A stretch of 60,350 bases of DNA, counting the filler, from Sphacelaria rigidula (Eukaryota): the NCBI GenBank assembly GCA_964200075.2. It is 5 parts of 5 records of this genome, joined end to end, with 100 filler letters (N's around TTAATTAATTAA, not from the genome) between each part and the next. Parts side by side here need not be neighbours in the genome. Positions count along the whole stretch, not along the records: positions 36,274 to 48,262 come from CAXNAA020004268.1; positions 48,363 to 60,350 come from CAXNAA020004269.1; 3 more parts are not named here. One strand, 5' to 3'. Of the stretch, positions 37,488-49,079 are shown piece by piece. A program made the position numbers and the translations under genes. Position 1 is the stretch's first letter; the number at the start of each line of letters is the position of its first letter. The notes under the pieces were generated by a model. It saw only the letters and a program-made list of their open reading frames with translations, was not told the DNA's origin and searched no databases.

Positions 37488-37857
37488 TGTTACTGTGTTT
37501 GCTATTGTCATTAGTTAGGATTGTCCCGGCTGCGCCACATGGCGTTGACCCACCTCAATCAGTTACCGGCTTGCCTTGGTCTCTACCCTGGGCCATCACT
37601 ACGCTCTGCTCCTATGGCTGCACCCCGGCTATACTGAGTAAGAAAGGCTTGTAGATAAAACATGACGCTAAGGAACACGTGAGTCCCTGATCAACAGTCT
37701 GCACATGGATGAACCTACTTTGTGATTGTTCTTGGTGGATAGCTATAGGTCGTACGTTGTGCCCACGTGAGAGCTTGGGTTAGCTGGACCCAATGTCTCT
37801 TGGTACTCGTACTGAGACACCTCAGCCAGAGCATTAGGTAATCCCTTCATTATAACA
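37488..37857 (+). repeat. 5' LTR candidate (370 bp)
   Basis: TGTTA...TAACA inverted termini, ending 2 nt before the PBS. It begins close to where similarity of the inverted integrase copy stops. Confidence 0.75.
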
Positions 37858-37859
37858 AT

Positions 37860-37877
37860 TGGCGTCGACGGTAGGAC
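37860..37877 (+). promoter_or_regulatory. Primer-binding site, tRNA-Ser-like
   Basis: TGGCGTCGACGGTAGGAC is complementary to a tRNA 3' end ..TCCTACCGTCGACG-CCA. The G discriminator and GTCGACG acceptor resemble eukaryotic tRNA-Ser. Confidence 0.75.
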
Positions 37878-40658
37878 GCGCCGCACGCAGGATGCTACTG
37901 CCACGGGTTCGGCTCCGGCGCCTGCACCAGAGTCTCTCACGGACGACCGCCCCCTGTTGGGCGTCGAGCATTGCCCGCCGGGCCTCCTACCCCGGCTCTG
38001 GTTGCGTGGTCCCCGCTCAGATCAAGAGCAAATCCTCGCTGAGTACCAGGCAATGCAACCGGCCGCGCCCCCTCCGCCGCCCTCACCCCGCCAATCGGCG
38101 GAGGCCGCTGCTCATAATCTCCTTCTCGACGACTTCACGGCACGTCTCACGCGCCAACGTCGAGCCGCCGACTCGGCGACCAGCCGCCAGCAGGCGGCCC
38201 AGGAGACTTTGAATGAGCGTCTCGCTGCGTTTGAAAAGATGCTGGCCCCATTCGGCGCGATAAACAACGTCTGCGCCAATACACTGCGGCCACGGTCACC
38301 GCCACCTCGGCTCTATGCTCTTTGGAACAGGAGCAACACCTTCCTCTTCTGAGGACAACGCCGACAGCGTCAGCGCCTGCGCCTACGTCTGCACTTAAAG
38401 GCTCAGCGGAGACCCGTCAGCCCTCACGCCCATACGCGGCTACTGCCGCCCCTACAGCCTCGCCTGCGCGCACTTCACCAGCGCAACCGCAGGTCCCTCA
38501 GGCCTCAACGCCCCCTGCCCTCACACCTTGGCTCCGCCTCCAGGGAAGCGAACGTTCTTGGCCTTCCTGGACGCTCCGCCAAATTTCGGGCAAGTACCAC
38601 CGCGGCAACGTTCTCCGCGCCTCCGAGCAGGCTTGGCGCTCGCTCACGCTGCCAATTAACAGTGTGATTGTCCCTTTCCTTCAGCAAGGGGGACAACTGC
38701 CAAACAACGATCCGGGCGCCCTCACCATCGAACGCCTCGTGCTTTACCTTACGATTGGTACCGGGGACAATCGCCCCACTTACGAGACCGCCGTCGCTGC
38801 CCTTTTCACTGCTATGCGTGCCGCCCAAAACACGTTACCACCCGACGATGCTGATGACTGGATCACACCCCACCCCTCTCATCACCGTCGTGATGACGAC
38901 GACTTCGACGAGGACCAACCCGGCGCCGAACCACGCCGCGGACAGGGAACCAACCGTAAGAACAACAACGGTCGCCGTACAACCCGGGGTAGCCATAAAC
39001 GCTCTGGCAACCAGTCTTCAAGCTCGTCTACATCCAGACACCGTCAGTACGCCTCAACGGGATCCGCACGGCCCTCACCGGCCGTCAGGCAAGTAACGCC
39101 TCCTTTAGCAGATGCGTCTGCTCGCCTTCTAGGTCTTGCGGATAGTGATGGTGACCATTTGGCTCGCCCATTGTCTTCTACCTCGGCTCAATCACTAGCT
39201 GCCGCCGCCGCAGCCGAACAACAAGCTGCCGCTGATAAAGCCGCTTCCGATACTCGTAGAGAAGAATCTCGTGTCGCTGCAATCAAGCGTGAGTACTTAC
39301 AAATGGATGTCAAGAAACTATGGCATATCAAAACCATGCCTGCTGCAGATAATGAGGACTCTGGTCAGTTTACATCCGCTCTCATTTCCTCAATGTGTCG
39401 AACTATGCGCAACATCCTCGAGTTAGCCGACGCAACTGGACAACAACGTTTCGAAGACTCTGACTGGATTGATGGATGGCAAACCCCATTACATAAGGCT
39501 TTGCATCGCTCAATCAGCCGCCGCTCCCCTGACATCGCTGTCTCCTTGACGCAGATTATCGACTCCTTCTTCCAAGCAATGGATCAAGATTGTGCCAGCG
39601 GGCAAACAGCGCCGCTACTATTCGGCAATTTGGAACGGCGTATCATAAGTTATTTTGATAAGTCCGATCAGGCCGGCGCCATCAAGCGCCTCAGTTCCTT
39701 CGCCGTGGCAACAGACGTGCCCTTTGCTGACTACCTACGCGACTTCAAGCTCTTGGTGTCTAGTGTAACTGGTACTGGCCGACAGGATGGCCCCAGTGAT
39801 GCTATGTGTCAGACGTATGTTCGCAATAGTATCGCTCAGCAATTTCCGACGCTGATGCCGTCTCTGTTTCCGGGCGCTCTGGCGCACAAAGAGGTGCCTT
39901 ACGCCTCCGTAGACGCGATGTGGACTGCGTTTGTTGGTCAGGAACATCATTCAACGCCTGCCATTCGTGGCACACAGTGTTTTTTTGGGTCTTCGTAGAC
40001 CTGGCGTGCCGGATCCCCGAGTACCTGCGGGTCTCGTGGACGCACTCACACTTTGTCCAGTAATACTTGGACACCCAACTCTGTCGGTGGATCGGTTATG
40101 GCTGTTCATAGCAAAAAAGACCCGTTCCGAGCAAGCTTCGACGCTTGGCCTTATTCGGTAGACACTTTCGATGACGTTTATGTCGTTTCCACAACAACTG
40201 CTTTCATCACGGATGACCCACATTTGTGGACCCCCTTGCTTTCGCCTTCGGCTCGCAAGGATGCTTTCCGTCGCCATGCTAACACATGCATCAACTGCAA
40301 TGGTACTGGCCACAGTATGCGTGACTGCCCTGAACCTTGCATCAATACTTTTTCGCTCATGAACCCTGGACTTCAGAGCAACGGGCCGGCGTGGCGCCGA
40401 TGGCAAAAACGCATGCGCGAGTATCGTACACCATCTCGCCACCATCGCCAGTCTTACCACAGTGATAGTGACTCTCGCTCAAATCGTGACCGTCGCCGCA
40501 CCACCGCCACCGTCTCAGGTACTCGCCACAGAGATAGTTCTTTCCGCCCTTCTCAGTCTTCGCATGGTCATCACCAGCGAACGGGGCCGACTCACGACAA
40601 CTCAAACCCCAATGCCAGAAACCCTGGTTCTTTCATAACGGATCGCAACGACCCATGA
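37876..40658 (+). pseudogene. gag: gag-like ORF
   Basis: Frames 37876-38352, 38322-39998 and 39999-40658 are linked by one frameshift and one in-frame TAG. Contains a capsid-like helical part (VPFADYLRDFKLLV) and the zinc knuckle CINCNGTGHSMRDC. Ends at TGA 40658. Confidence 0.8.
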
Positions 40659-43600
40659 CACGCCGACGACGGCGTGAAGTCTTCGGCGCCGCCGATAGCA
40701 GAATCGAAGACTCATCCAACACACACCGCCGCTCAGGTGACCAAACGTTCTCACCCGAACTTTTCGACTCTATGTAGGAGATCTAAGGACGGCCGTTCTT
40801 CTCGACTCCCGTCTCTATCTTCTCACACACAGCGTAACCGTTGTGTTGATTCACCGCCCAGCTCTATGCGTGGCTCTAGAGTTGGTCCTCCGGAACTAAG
40901 TATAAATCTGAGGTGTGGGAAAACCGACCGCGGACCCTTGAGGCACAGGCTTCCCTCAACGACCGCAGGCACTGGTTGTAGCAGACTTCCTTCAACTGGT
41001 TCTGGTGTTGATGATTCGAAGCTGACCACTCCAAATCCTTCGACTCCTACCCAGCTTGATCGCAGCCGTTCTTCGCGCCACCCTTCTGCCGCGAAACTAT
41101 CCCGACATACAGCGGGCAACACTCGTGCCCTTTCACATTTAGCAGTGCCCTTTGTACCGAGCTTGCCAGCGGACAGTCCACAAGTTTCGGCCGAGCATGC
41201 CCCGATGCTGACAACATCACCTCAACTGGACGCAGTTGCAGTTTCCCAACAAGTCTTGGAAGTTCCCAGCCATTTGTTACGGCACGAGAGGACGCCTCGT
41301 CGTCATGCCCCCAAGGAAGCGCGAGCATTGACACGCCCCCCTCCCGTCAGCGGAAAATTCCGACCTCATTCTCCCCCAAAAGCGGCGACTTTGAGCTCGA
41401 GAACATTGCCAAGCATCCAAGAGGAATCCGAATCGGACCTTCCAGACGGTACCGCTTCCTCCATTGATGACCCCCGTGGCACTTCGCAGCAATCTCTCTT
41501 CAATGATGACCCTTGTACTTCCAAGCCAGTCATCTACGAGATTGATCAAAATCCTGATTCACGTTGCCCTTCACGATCGGATTACACCCCCGCGCTGTCT
41601 ACCGATACCTTTGAATCCCCCGCGGATCACCCGCCATCCGTCTTCACGGTCAGTCCGACAAATCCTGGCCGATTCACGTCATCTGAACATGGCCCTGACC
41701 TCGTTGGGGGTAAGGTGTCCGTTGATCCTGCCACCTTCACTATCCGTGCAGCATTACACTACGGCCCTTACGCAACCGTGTGCGCCAAGTGCATCTCGTT
41801 GTTAGACAGCGGTAGTCCACAGACATTCATCAAAGAATCCATGTGGAATCATATAAAGCAGACTAGCGCTGCTTCCGATGTCTGCGAAATCACCACCAAA
41901 CCTCGCGTTTGGGGCGGTTTCGGCGACTCCAAAACACCCTTGACGACACGAAAATCTGTTCGTCTTAGTGTGCAATTTTTCCACAATGATACCCGTTCGG
42001 CTAGTCTCGCAGTCTGGGCTTATATCGTCCCTGATAGCACCATGCATCATGCTCTCCTTCTTGGCAGAGATAGCTACATGCGGTTCGACCAACGTACGTA
42101 CCGCACCCTCCCACCATTATCGCCTCAGTCGGCACCTCGTGGGGAACTCCAACTAGAACACTTTGGTACCCTCAGTGATGCCTTATCCTACAAAAAGAAT
42201 GAGCAGGCTACCGGAGCGGCTTACCACCTTCGGTACAATGGCAGTTCTGGTATCACCCTTTCCGACGAGCCTCAACTCTTGGAAGTTCTGCTTGTTCGCC
42301 GCGACGGTATGCCTGCCCTCACCGGCCACTACCTTGCGGAATCGCTGCCTAAAGTTGGTGCGCCCGCTGGCACTGAGCATTTTGTCTCGGATGGCGAACA
42401 ACTCCTGCCTCTCACAGGCCACGCTAATTTGGAACCTGGCGATGTCTTGGGCATCGCCGCGGCTCCTCTTATGCACATTCCTCTGGATACCTGCGTAGCC
42501 GACCCTCCGGCACCTGATCCCACACCGCCAACTGATGCTTCTGTTCACTGCGTTGATGAGCCATACTTTGATTTATCCCCCTCACCCCCGACTCGGATTT
42601 CTGCGGTGGAATCCGACCGACCACCTGCTGAACCTCCTGATGAAGTGCTTCAACGCTTATCGGACGAGTCTCGGGAACACTTCCTGCAAATGTGGCACCA
42701 ACTTCCACTTCATTTGCGTGATGTCCATTTTGATCTACATGGTCGGGTTGGGAGCCCGCTGTCATTCAAGAGTTACAAGATGCTCTCCTGGAATATCAGG
42801 ACAATTTTTCACGATCCAAAACGGATCTCGGGCATTGTAAAACATTGCCAGTCGAGATAACCCTGCAACCTGGCGTTTCGCCAATCTCATCTCGACCATA
42901 TCGAACGACTCCCCTCCTCACCAAACAAAGTCAATGCTATTTTGGATGCATGCTTAGGAGCTGGTCTGATTCAACACTCTCGTCTTCGCCATGGGTCTCA
43001 CCCCTCGTGGTCGTCCCCAAAAAAGATGGCAACATACGCATCACCGTGAATTACAAACGGTTGAATCGCGTCACTGTCGTGGGAAAAATCCCCATACCTC
43101 GCATCGATGAAGTCTTCGACTCTCTCGGCGAAGGAAAAATATTCAGCACTTTCAATCTCGCATCTGGATTTTTGCAAAACGCAATTCACCCCCATACAGT
43201 TCTATTGATAGCGTTCTGTGCATCTTCAGGGCTTTATGAATGGCTTCGTATGCCACAAGGCGCTGCCACAGCACCCTGCTGCTTTCAACGTCTCATGCAA
43301 CGCCTTACTGACGGTCTCGAGCATGTTATCATGTATCTGGACGATGCCATCGCTTTTGATGTCTCCCCCAAGACGCATTTTCGCACACTATGGGAATTCC
43401 TCTCCCGATTACGTACACACGACTTGAAATTGTCTCCATCCAAAGCTCGACTCGGAGTGACTGAATTGGATTGTTGGGGACACTCTGTCTCTCCTGCTGG
43501 ATTGCATCCAGACACGAACAAAGTCAAGGCTATGACTGATATGCCCATACCCACCAATATTTCGCAGCTTCGCTCGCTGTTGGGCGGACTTTCTTATTAT

Positions 43601-46600
43601 CGCAAAATTTTGCCCAACTTGTGCACGCGGATCCGGCCCATCACCGATTTATTGAAGAAAAATGTTCCATTTGTCTTCACCAAAGAAATGGAAGCTACCG
43701 TCCGCGAATTGCTCAAAACACTGACCGAGAAACCTGTTCTTTGTTTTCCGGATTGAGATGCGGTACAAGACGGCTCATGTCTTTTCCTACTACACACCGA
43801 TGCTAGCACAGATGGGTTCGGCGCAGTGTTGAATCAGCCCCAACTAGATGGCTTTGTCCGACCTATTTTGTACATCAGCCGCGCAACCCTCCCAAACGAG
43901 GCAAACTGGAGTCCACTCGAACTAGAAGGCGGAGTCATGACTTGGGCTATTAAACGGCTTCGACAGTACTTGTTCCACGTGCCTTTCCACATCTATACAG
44001 ATCACGGAGCTCATGAGCAACTCGCTAAGGTTGGAGAACATAACCCCCGCGTACACCGGTGGCTGGAGTTCTTGGCTGCTCACCAGTACACTGTTAAACA
44101 CCGACCGGGCAAAACCAACGGCAATACTGACCTTCTTCCGCGCTTGCCTCTGCCCCCTACAGCGGTAGATTTCAGTCCCGCTTGCCGCTTGACTCAACCT
44201 GATTAACCAGGCGTCTACCCCATTCGGCATTTTTCTACGCCCATCTACGCGCTTGACCTGCAATGCCCTGAAACAGGTCTGCACATGGGGGGGGGGCGCC
44301 CCTTGCCCCCTGATGCAGTTTTGGATGGCTTTGCACCCACAGATGCTGATTTTGCCGACTTCCGCACTTTCGGCCCTCGCGCGAACATCTCGGCGCCGCT
44401 ACCACCAACTGTTCACCTCATCTCCGACAACACGCGTTCTCGGTCGGCAGCTCGTGCCAATTCTTCGAGTGCCGTGATACAGCAATGCGTCGCCGCCGCC
44501 GCCTCGTGCCCCCACGAGCCGTACAACACCTACCACAACCGCTTGCGTGCCCAGTGTTGTACCGTCAAAGCCCACGCCCCTTGCGCGCCCAACGCGCCGA
44601 TCACGTTCACCAGTTCGCGCTACTTCCACGCCGCCTTCTGGGAATCTCCCTGCACCTGCGCCTCTGACTCGTGATACGCATGCATCTGATCCGCTTCCGG
44701 GTCAATATGTTGACGTCGGCACCCCTGCTTCCTCACCTGTGCCGTCCCGTCCTGAGCCGCCATGTTTGGTTGGCTCTCCGGCTGAAGGACAACTTCGAGA
44801 ATTTCTCGCTAGCTACTCTCACCGCGACTGGGCTCGCGACCAACAAGAGGAACCGCTTTGTCGCGCGACAATGCGGTACTTACGGCTTAACTGCCCCACC
44901 CTTTTCCCGGCTGAGATCCTGACCCCCGTGGGCACTCTACCCGCCCCCACCGCCTCTGAAGTGCTCGACCTTGCACGCAAAGGTACTATCTTCGCGACTG
45001 ACGATGACGTCCATTTGCTTGTTCGCCGACCCAACTCCCATTTGGGCATGGCTGCCGCAGTAACAACTGCCGCTCCGGCACATATGCGTCATGACGCCCC
45101 TATCCGAATCTATGTCCCCATCATGATGCGTCCGTGGGTCATGAAGGGCTGTCACTCTGATTTGTCCTGCCACTTAGGCGTTACGCGCACGTTAGCGCTC
45201 CTTGAACGCTTTTATTGGTGGATCGGCATGGAAGCATCCACGCGCTTTTGGATCCGACGATGTTTCAAATGTCAGGCTCGCAACACCTCTCGACAGACTA
45301 TACGATGGCCGGTGATTTCCATGGAACTTCCAAACCCTCCTGGTCACTTCGTATCGTTTGACTACTTCGGTCCTTCACCCACCATTGACCGTGGTAATAC
45401 CTATATTCTGTTTTTCACCGATCGCTTCAGCCGTCACGCGTCTATGTACGCTGTTACTGCTAGCGATTTCACTGCTGCCGGCACAGCGGACATTCTCGTC
45501 CATGACTACACTAAGCACTATGGCTGCCCGAAACGGCTCCCCTCCGACAATGGTCAACAATTTTGCTCCAAACTCTCGGATGCTTTGCGCAAGCTGCTCG
45601 GCATTCGTAAAATTGCCACGATCGCCTACCACCCTAACGGTAACGGTGGAACTGAATGTGTGAACCACACTATGGCTCAAATGCTATATCAATGGTCGTA
45701 AACGACCGCCAGAATGACTGGGACCTTCACCTCTCGCATGTCATGCTGTCTTACAACAATTCGGTCAATGCGGCTACAGGCCTCTCGCCCAACGAGTTGC
45801 ATCTTGGACGCTACCCTCGTCTGCCCATCACCGTGTTCGGAAGACATACCTTCGATGGTCACCAAGGTCTAGAACAGGATCAGATGTCCTACTCGTCAGC
45901 GCAAGGCCTTCACTTTAGTGCGCGAACAACACGCTATCAACGCCTCATGCCTTGAAAGATCCAATACCGCCCTCTACAACTTGATGCACAAACGCCCTGC
46001 TTGGAAGATCGGCGATTGGGTCTAGATCTACAACAGTTTGTCCACCATCCGTCAAGGCGCTGACCGCACTGCCCAGGCAACAGTCTTGAAGACCAAACTG
46101 TCCCTGAATTGGACGAGTCCGTTCAAGATTCTCATCGTAGGATCCTCGATTAATGCCGAGATAGCCCCTCCACGAAAAGTGCACCGAAGACCGTACGACA
46201 AACCGGCTGCGATCCCACTACTGGGCTCGTTTGTAGCAATTTCGCTCAAATGAAAGGCGTGTAGCAGTCGGAAATCAGCGATAACGCCCAAATGAGTCGC
46301 TTCGTGCAGCACGAAATCAGCTCTGACGACATTTTTGATCATCGCTTTCGTGCACTTTTTTGGCCGGTTCGGGGGGGGGCTATCTCGGCAGCATTCCCTC
46401 GCCGACGTCTCCAGACGGCAAGCCTGTTGGCGACAAACTCCTCTACCTGGATTTACCTCGTGACCTCTAGGGACATGACGCTAATCTCGCGTCTCTGTGC
46501 ATCGTTGCAAGCCTTGCGCGAACCCGCATGACACTACGGACATGCCTCAATACCTGCCTGCAGGTCTCACTCAATACGTGCTCAACAGCTACTCAACAAA

Positions 46601-47255
46601 ATCTCCACCATATCACATTACCACCAATGACGTGACTGAATAACCTTTCCGCTTGGCCGTGTCCCACATTTCCGGCCACCAAATCACTCGAGGTCCTGGC
46701 GACAAAATTGCTGTTATGTACAAGACACACTGGCAAGGCCTTCGGCGTGCGTCTTGGGAACGCGAGTCCGATCTTCAACTGCACCGTCGTGCTATCCTTC
46801 TTTATTGGACGCGATCCCCACAGCAACAGCTCACCGACAACAAGGAATATCGCAACATGAGACTCGGTGCTGCAGCCCGCGAACTCCACTGCGACAAAGG
46901 ATTACGGTTTGTAGCCGATGGTTACGAACTCGTACCCACCAAACAATGGGACGAGAAGATTCGCGCAAAACAACAATCGCTCCCTAAAGGTGACTAGTTG
47001 CTGTATAAAGGCAGCGATCACCTCTGGTGGCTGGGTCAGATTCACTCCGTCGATGCCCTCGCGGCTGACACGTACATCGTTCGTTTCCTTGACGACCCTG
47101 GGCCCGTTCAGCTCAAGCTCCGCCCCGATTTAAACAGGACTAGCCCCTCCGCACCCCGCGGTTCCTGGTGCCTACAACGCTTCAAGTCACACGGCTTACG
47201 CCGAGGCCTTCAGCGCAACATCGATCGTACACACGACATTAATGGACGATCTTGA
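40659..47255 (+). pseudogene. pol: pol polyprotein (protease, RT, RNase H, integrase, chromodomain, Tudor-like tail), with several frameshifts and stops
   Basis: Protease SLLDSGS (about 41800). RT SPWVSPLVVVPKKDGNIRITVNYKRLN, RMPQG and YLDD (42845-43756). RNaseH LHTDAS, LELEGG and YTDH (43760-44206). Integrase HHCC plus FDYFGP, SDNG and GGTE (45150-45700). Chromodomain-like ISGH..MYKTHWQG..SWERESDL (46660-46780). Confidence 0.95.
46149..46395. mobile_element. MITE inserted in the Gypsy integrase C-terminus
   Basis: TIR TGCCGAGATAGCCCC / GGGGCTATCTCGGCA, plus an inner IR AAAAGTGCAC / GTGCACTTTT. CCTCG is repeated on both sides. Removing it restores KILIVG-PSPTSPDG, matching KILTVGPSPSSPD in the inverted copy. 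Confidence 0.9.
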
Positions 47256-47867
47256 GTCATATCTCTTTGCACTCCCTATACCGCGATTTTTCTATCCCCT
47301 CCCAGTTTGGTTCTGGTACTCCCTTTATCCCTACTCAGGTACGCTCTCCTCTTCACTGCTTCACCTACTATGGCTCTCCTATCGCGGCTCATCTCTGCCG
47401 TCATCGACCCCTTCGACGCCTTTCTTTGGATCCCCGTCGCCCCCTTCCATTTGTCTCTACGTTGCCACCACTTTGTCCGGCTGGCACTCGACCCTCGTCG
47501 GGTCCTTGAGTTTTTGTTTCCCTGCTTGAAATTGTCTCTGTGTCCTTTGCGAGGTTTTCCTTTGCTTTTTATCTAGCTAGCGCGTCAAAGCATTGTGTGC
47601 TTTTTCCGTCTGTTCGCTAGTTCGCAGCAGCATTGTGTGCTACTGCGCAGTCCACCGCAATTGCGTAATTGCGCTTTTTGAGGCACCTTTGGTTTTTCTC
47701 ATCTAAGGTGTGGGAGGATCGGGCATGGGCTGGTCATTGCCCTCTTGTTTCTGCATTTTTCGCGTTGTCTCCTCATGACTTGATGGGTGAGACAAGCCTC
47801 AATTTTAGTTGCTCTTGGGATTTCATCGCAGCTTAAATAGAGGTTTGTCTGGGTGCGTGAGTGTCAT

Positions 47868-47887
47868 GAGGAAGGAAGATAGAGAGG
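47868..47887 (+). promoter_or_regulatory. Polypurine tract
   Basis: GAGGAAGGAAGATAGAGAGG lies directly before the CGTTA LTR-like start. Confidence 0.7.
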
Positions 47888-48216
47888 CGTTATTTGTTCC
47901 CAAAGACAGTTTTGGGGCAGGTTGGCGTACAGATCATCCGATCTGTCCATGGGATTACTCCCATGGTTTTGGGGAAGGTTGGCATGTAGGCTTGCGTACC
48001 CTAACCCCGAGAGGGAGGAGCGCCTTCTCGGGCATAGGTCAGATAGGTTGCGTTGCATGCATCCTCGATCACTCTCTGAGCTGCCCTCTGAGCTGGACCA
48101 TCTACCCCTACTGCTTACCTTTGGTAAGAAGAGTACGCTAGGCGAGCAAGAGAATAATAAGCGAGAATAACAAGATATCAAGCCTTCGAGCTCCTTTTGT
48201 TTGTTTGCTACTAACA
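47888..48216 (+). repeat. 3' LTR candidate (329 bp)
   Basis: CGTTA (one change from TGTTA) ... TAACA directly after the PPT. Not alignable by eye to the 5' LTR candidate. Confidence 0.6.
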
Positions 48217-48262
48217 GTGTTTTCGTGAGATTGAGAGTAGATGATACGATTGAGAGTGGCTT

Positions 48263-48362
48263 NNNNNNNNNNNNNNNNNNNNNNNNNNNNNNNNNNNNNN
48301 NNNNNNTTAATTAATTAANNNNNNNNNNNNNNNNNNNNNNNNNNNNNNNNNNNNNNNNNNNN
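48263..48362. other. Artificial assembly linker
   Basis: Same 100-nt N/TTAATTAATTAA/N spacer. Confidence 0.98.
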
Positions 48363-49079
48363 TCGAGCTAATGTGACGGATATAATAATAATAATAACAA
48401 TAATAATAATAGTCAACCCTGTGCGTTTGGGTCCTCGGGCAGATTGTGTGAGTTGCCTGACCCTACTTCCGCTGTCGAAATAGCTGCACACTGTTATGGG
48501 GTGAATGGGAAGCCTAACGACCACAAAAATACTTTCCGAAAAAAACAATTCAAACGCGAAGGAATAATGAACACGTCATCAGGTGGTCGCACCTCTGTCG
48601 AGCAGAACACGAACAGAACACACACTTCATCCCTTATTAGCTTGGTTTACTATTCGACAGCTGTAGCACTTTTCATCGCGCTTTTCTCGACATAGGAAGA
48701 AAGCCGGCCCGCGGCACTTCCACAGCCCCCCGCATACACACAACAGCTAGGTCAACCCGTTAGGTATTTGCTCAATTCGCCACAGCGGACCCCAGAAGCC
48801 CCAAAACCTGAAAGAAAAAAACATTTTTTTAGTACATTTTGGTCTGGTGCAGCTTCGTATCACGCTTAAAGGAAATCCCAAACAGCGTGACCTTGATAGG
48901 GTGTGTGGGAAGCGTACGCAACAAACCGCAGTTCAATCCTCTGCTTGTTTGCCGAGGCAACCGCGTCGAAAGATCGGCACTTTCGAGGTCGGCGACAAGC
49001 AGCGTGTGTACGTAGAGATTAAATATGGGAAATTCGAAGGAAAGCGGAAAATTGAAACAGACGCAGAAGGCAAAATCCA

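Larger units (their letters stand above)
37488..48216 (+). mobile_element. Ty3/Gypsy (chromodomain-bearing) LTR retrotransposon, near full length, pseudogenised
   Basis: Order is LTR-like, PBS, gag (CCHC), protease, RT, RNaseH, integrase, chromodomain, PPT, LTR-like. The RT-RH-IN order is diagnostic of Ty3/Gypsy. Confidence 0.95.

Noticed and set aside
39980..40000. Programmed frameshift at the T-run before TAG 39996
   Set aside because: The downstream zinc-knuckle ORF is in the same frame, so a nonsense mutation is the simpler explanation.
47242..47576. env-like or hydrophobic extra ORF after pol
   Set aside because: These are short overlapping ORFs arising from a pyrimidine-rich 3' UTR, with no signal peptide or fusion-protein features.
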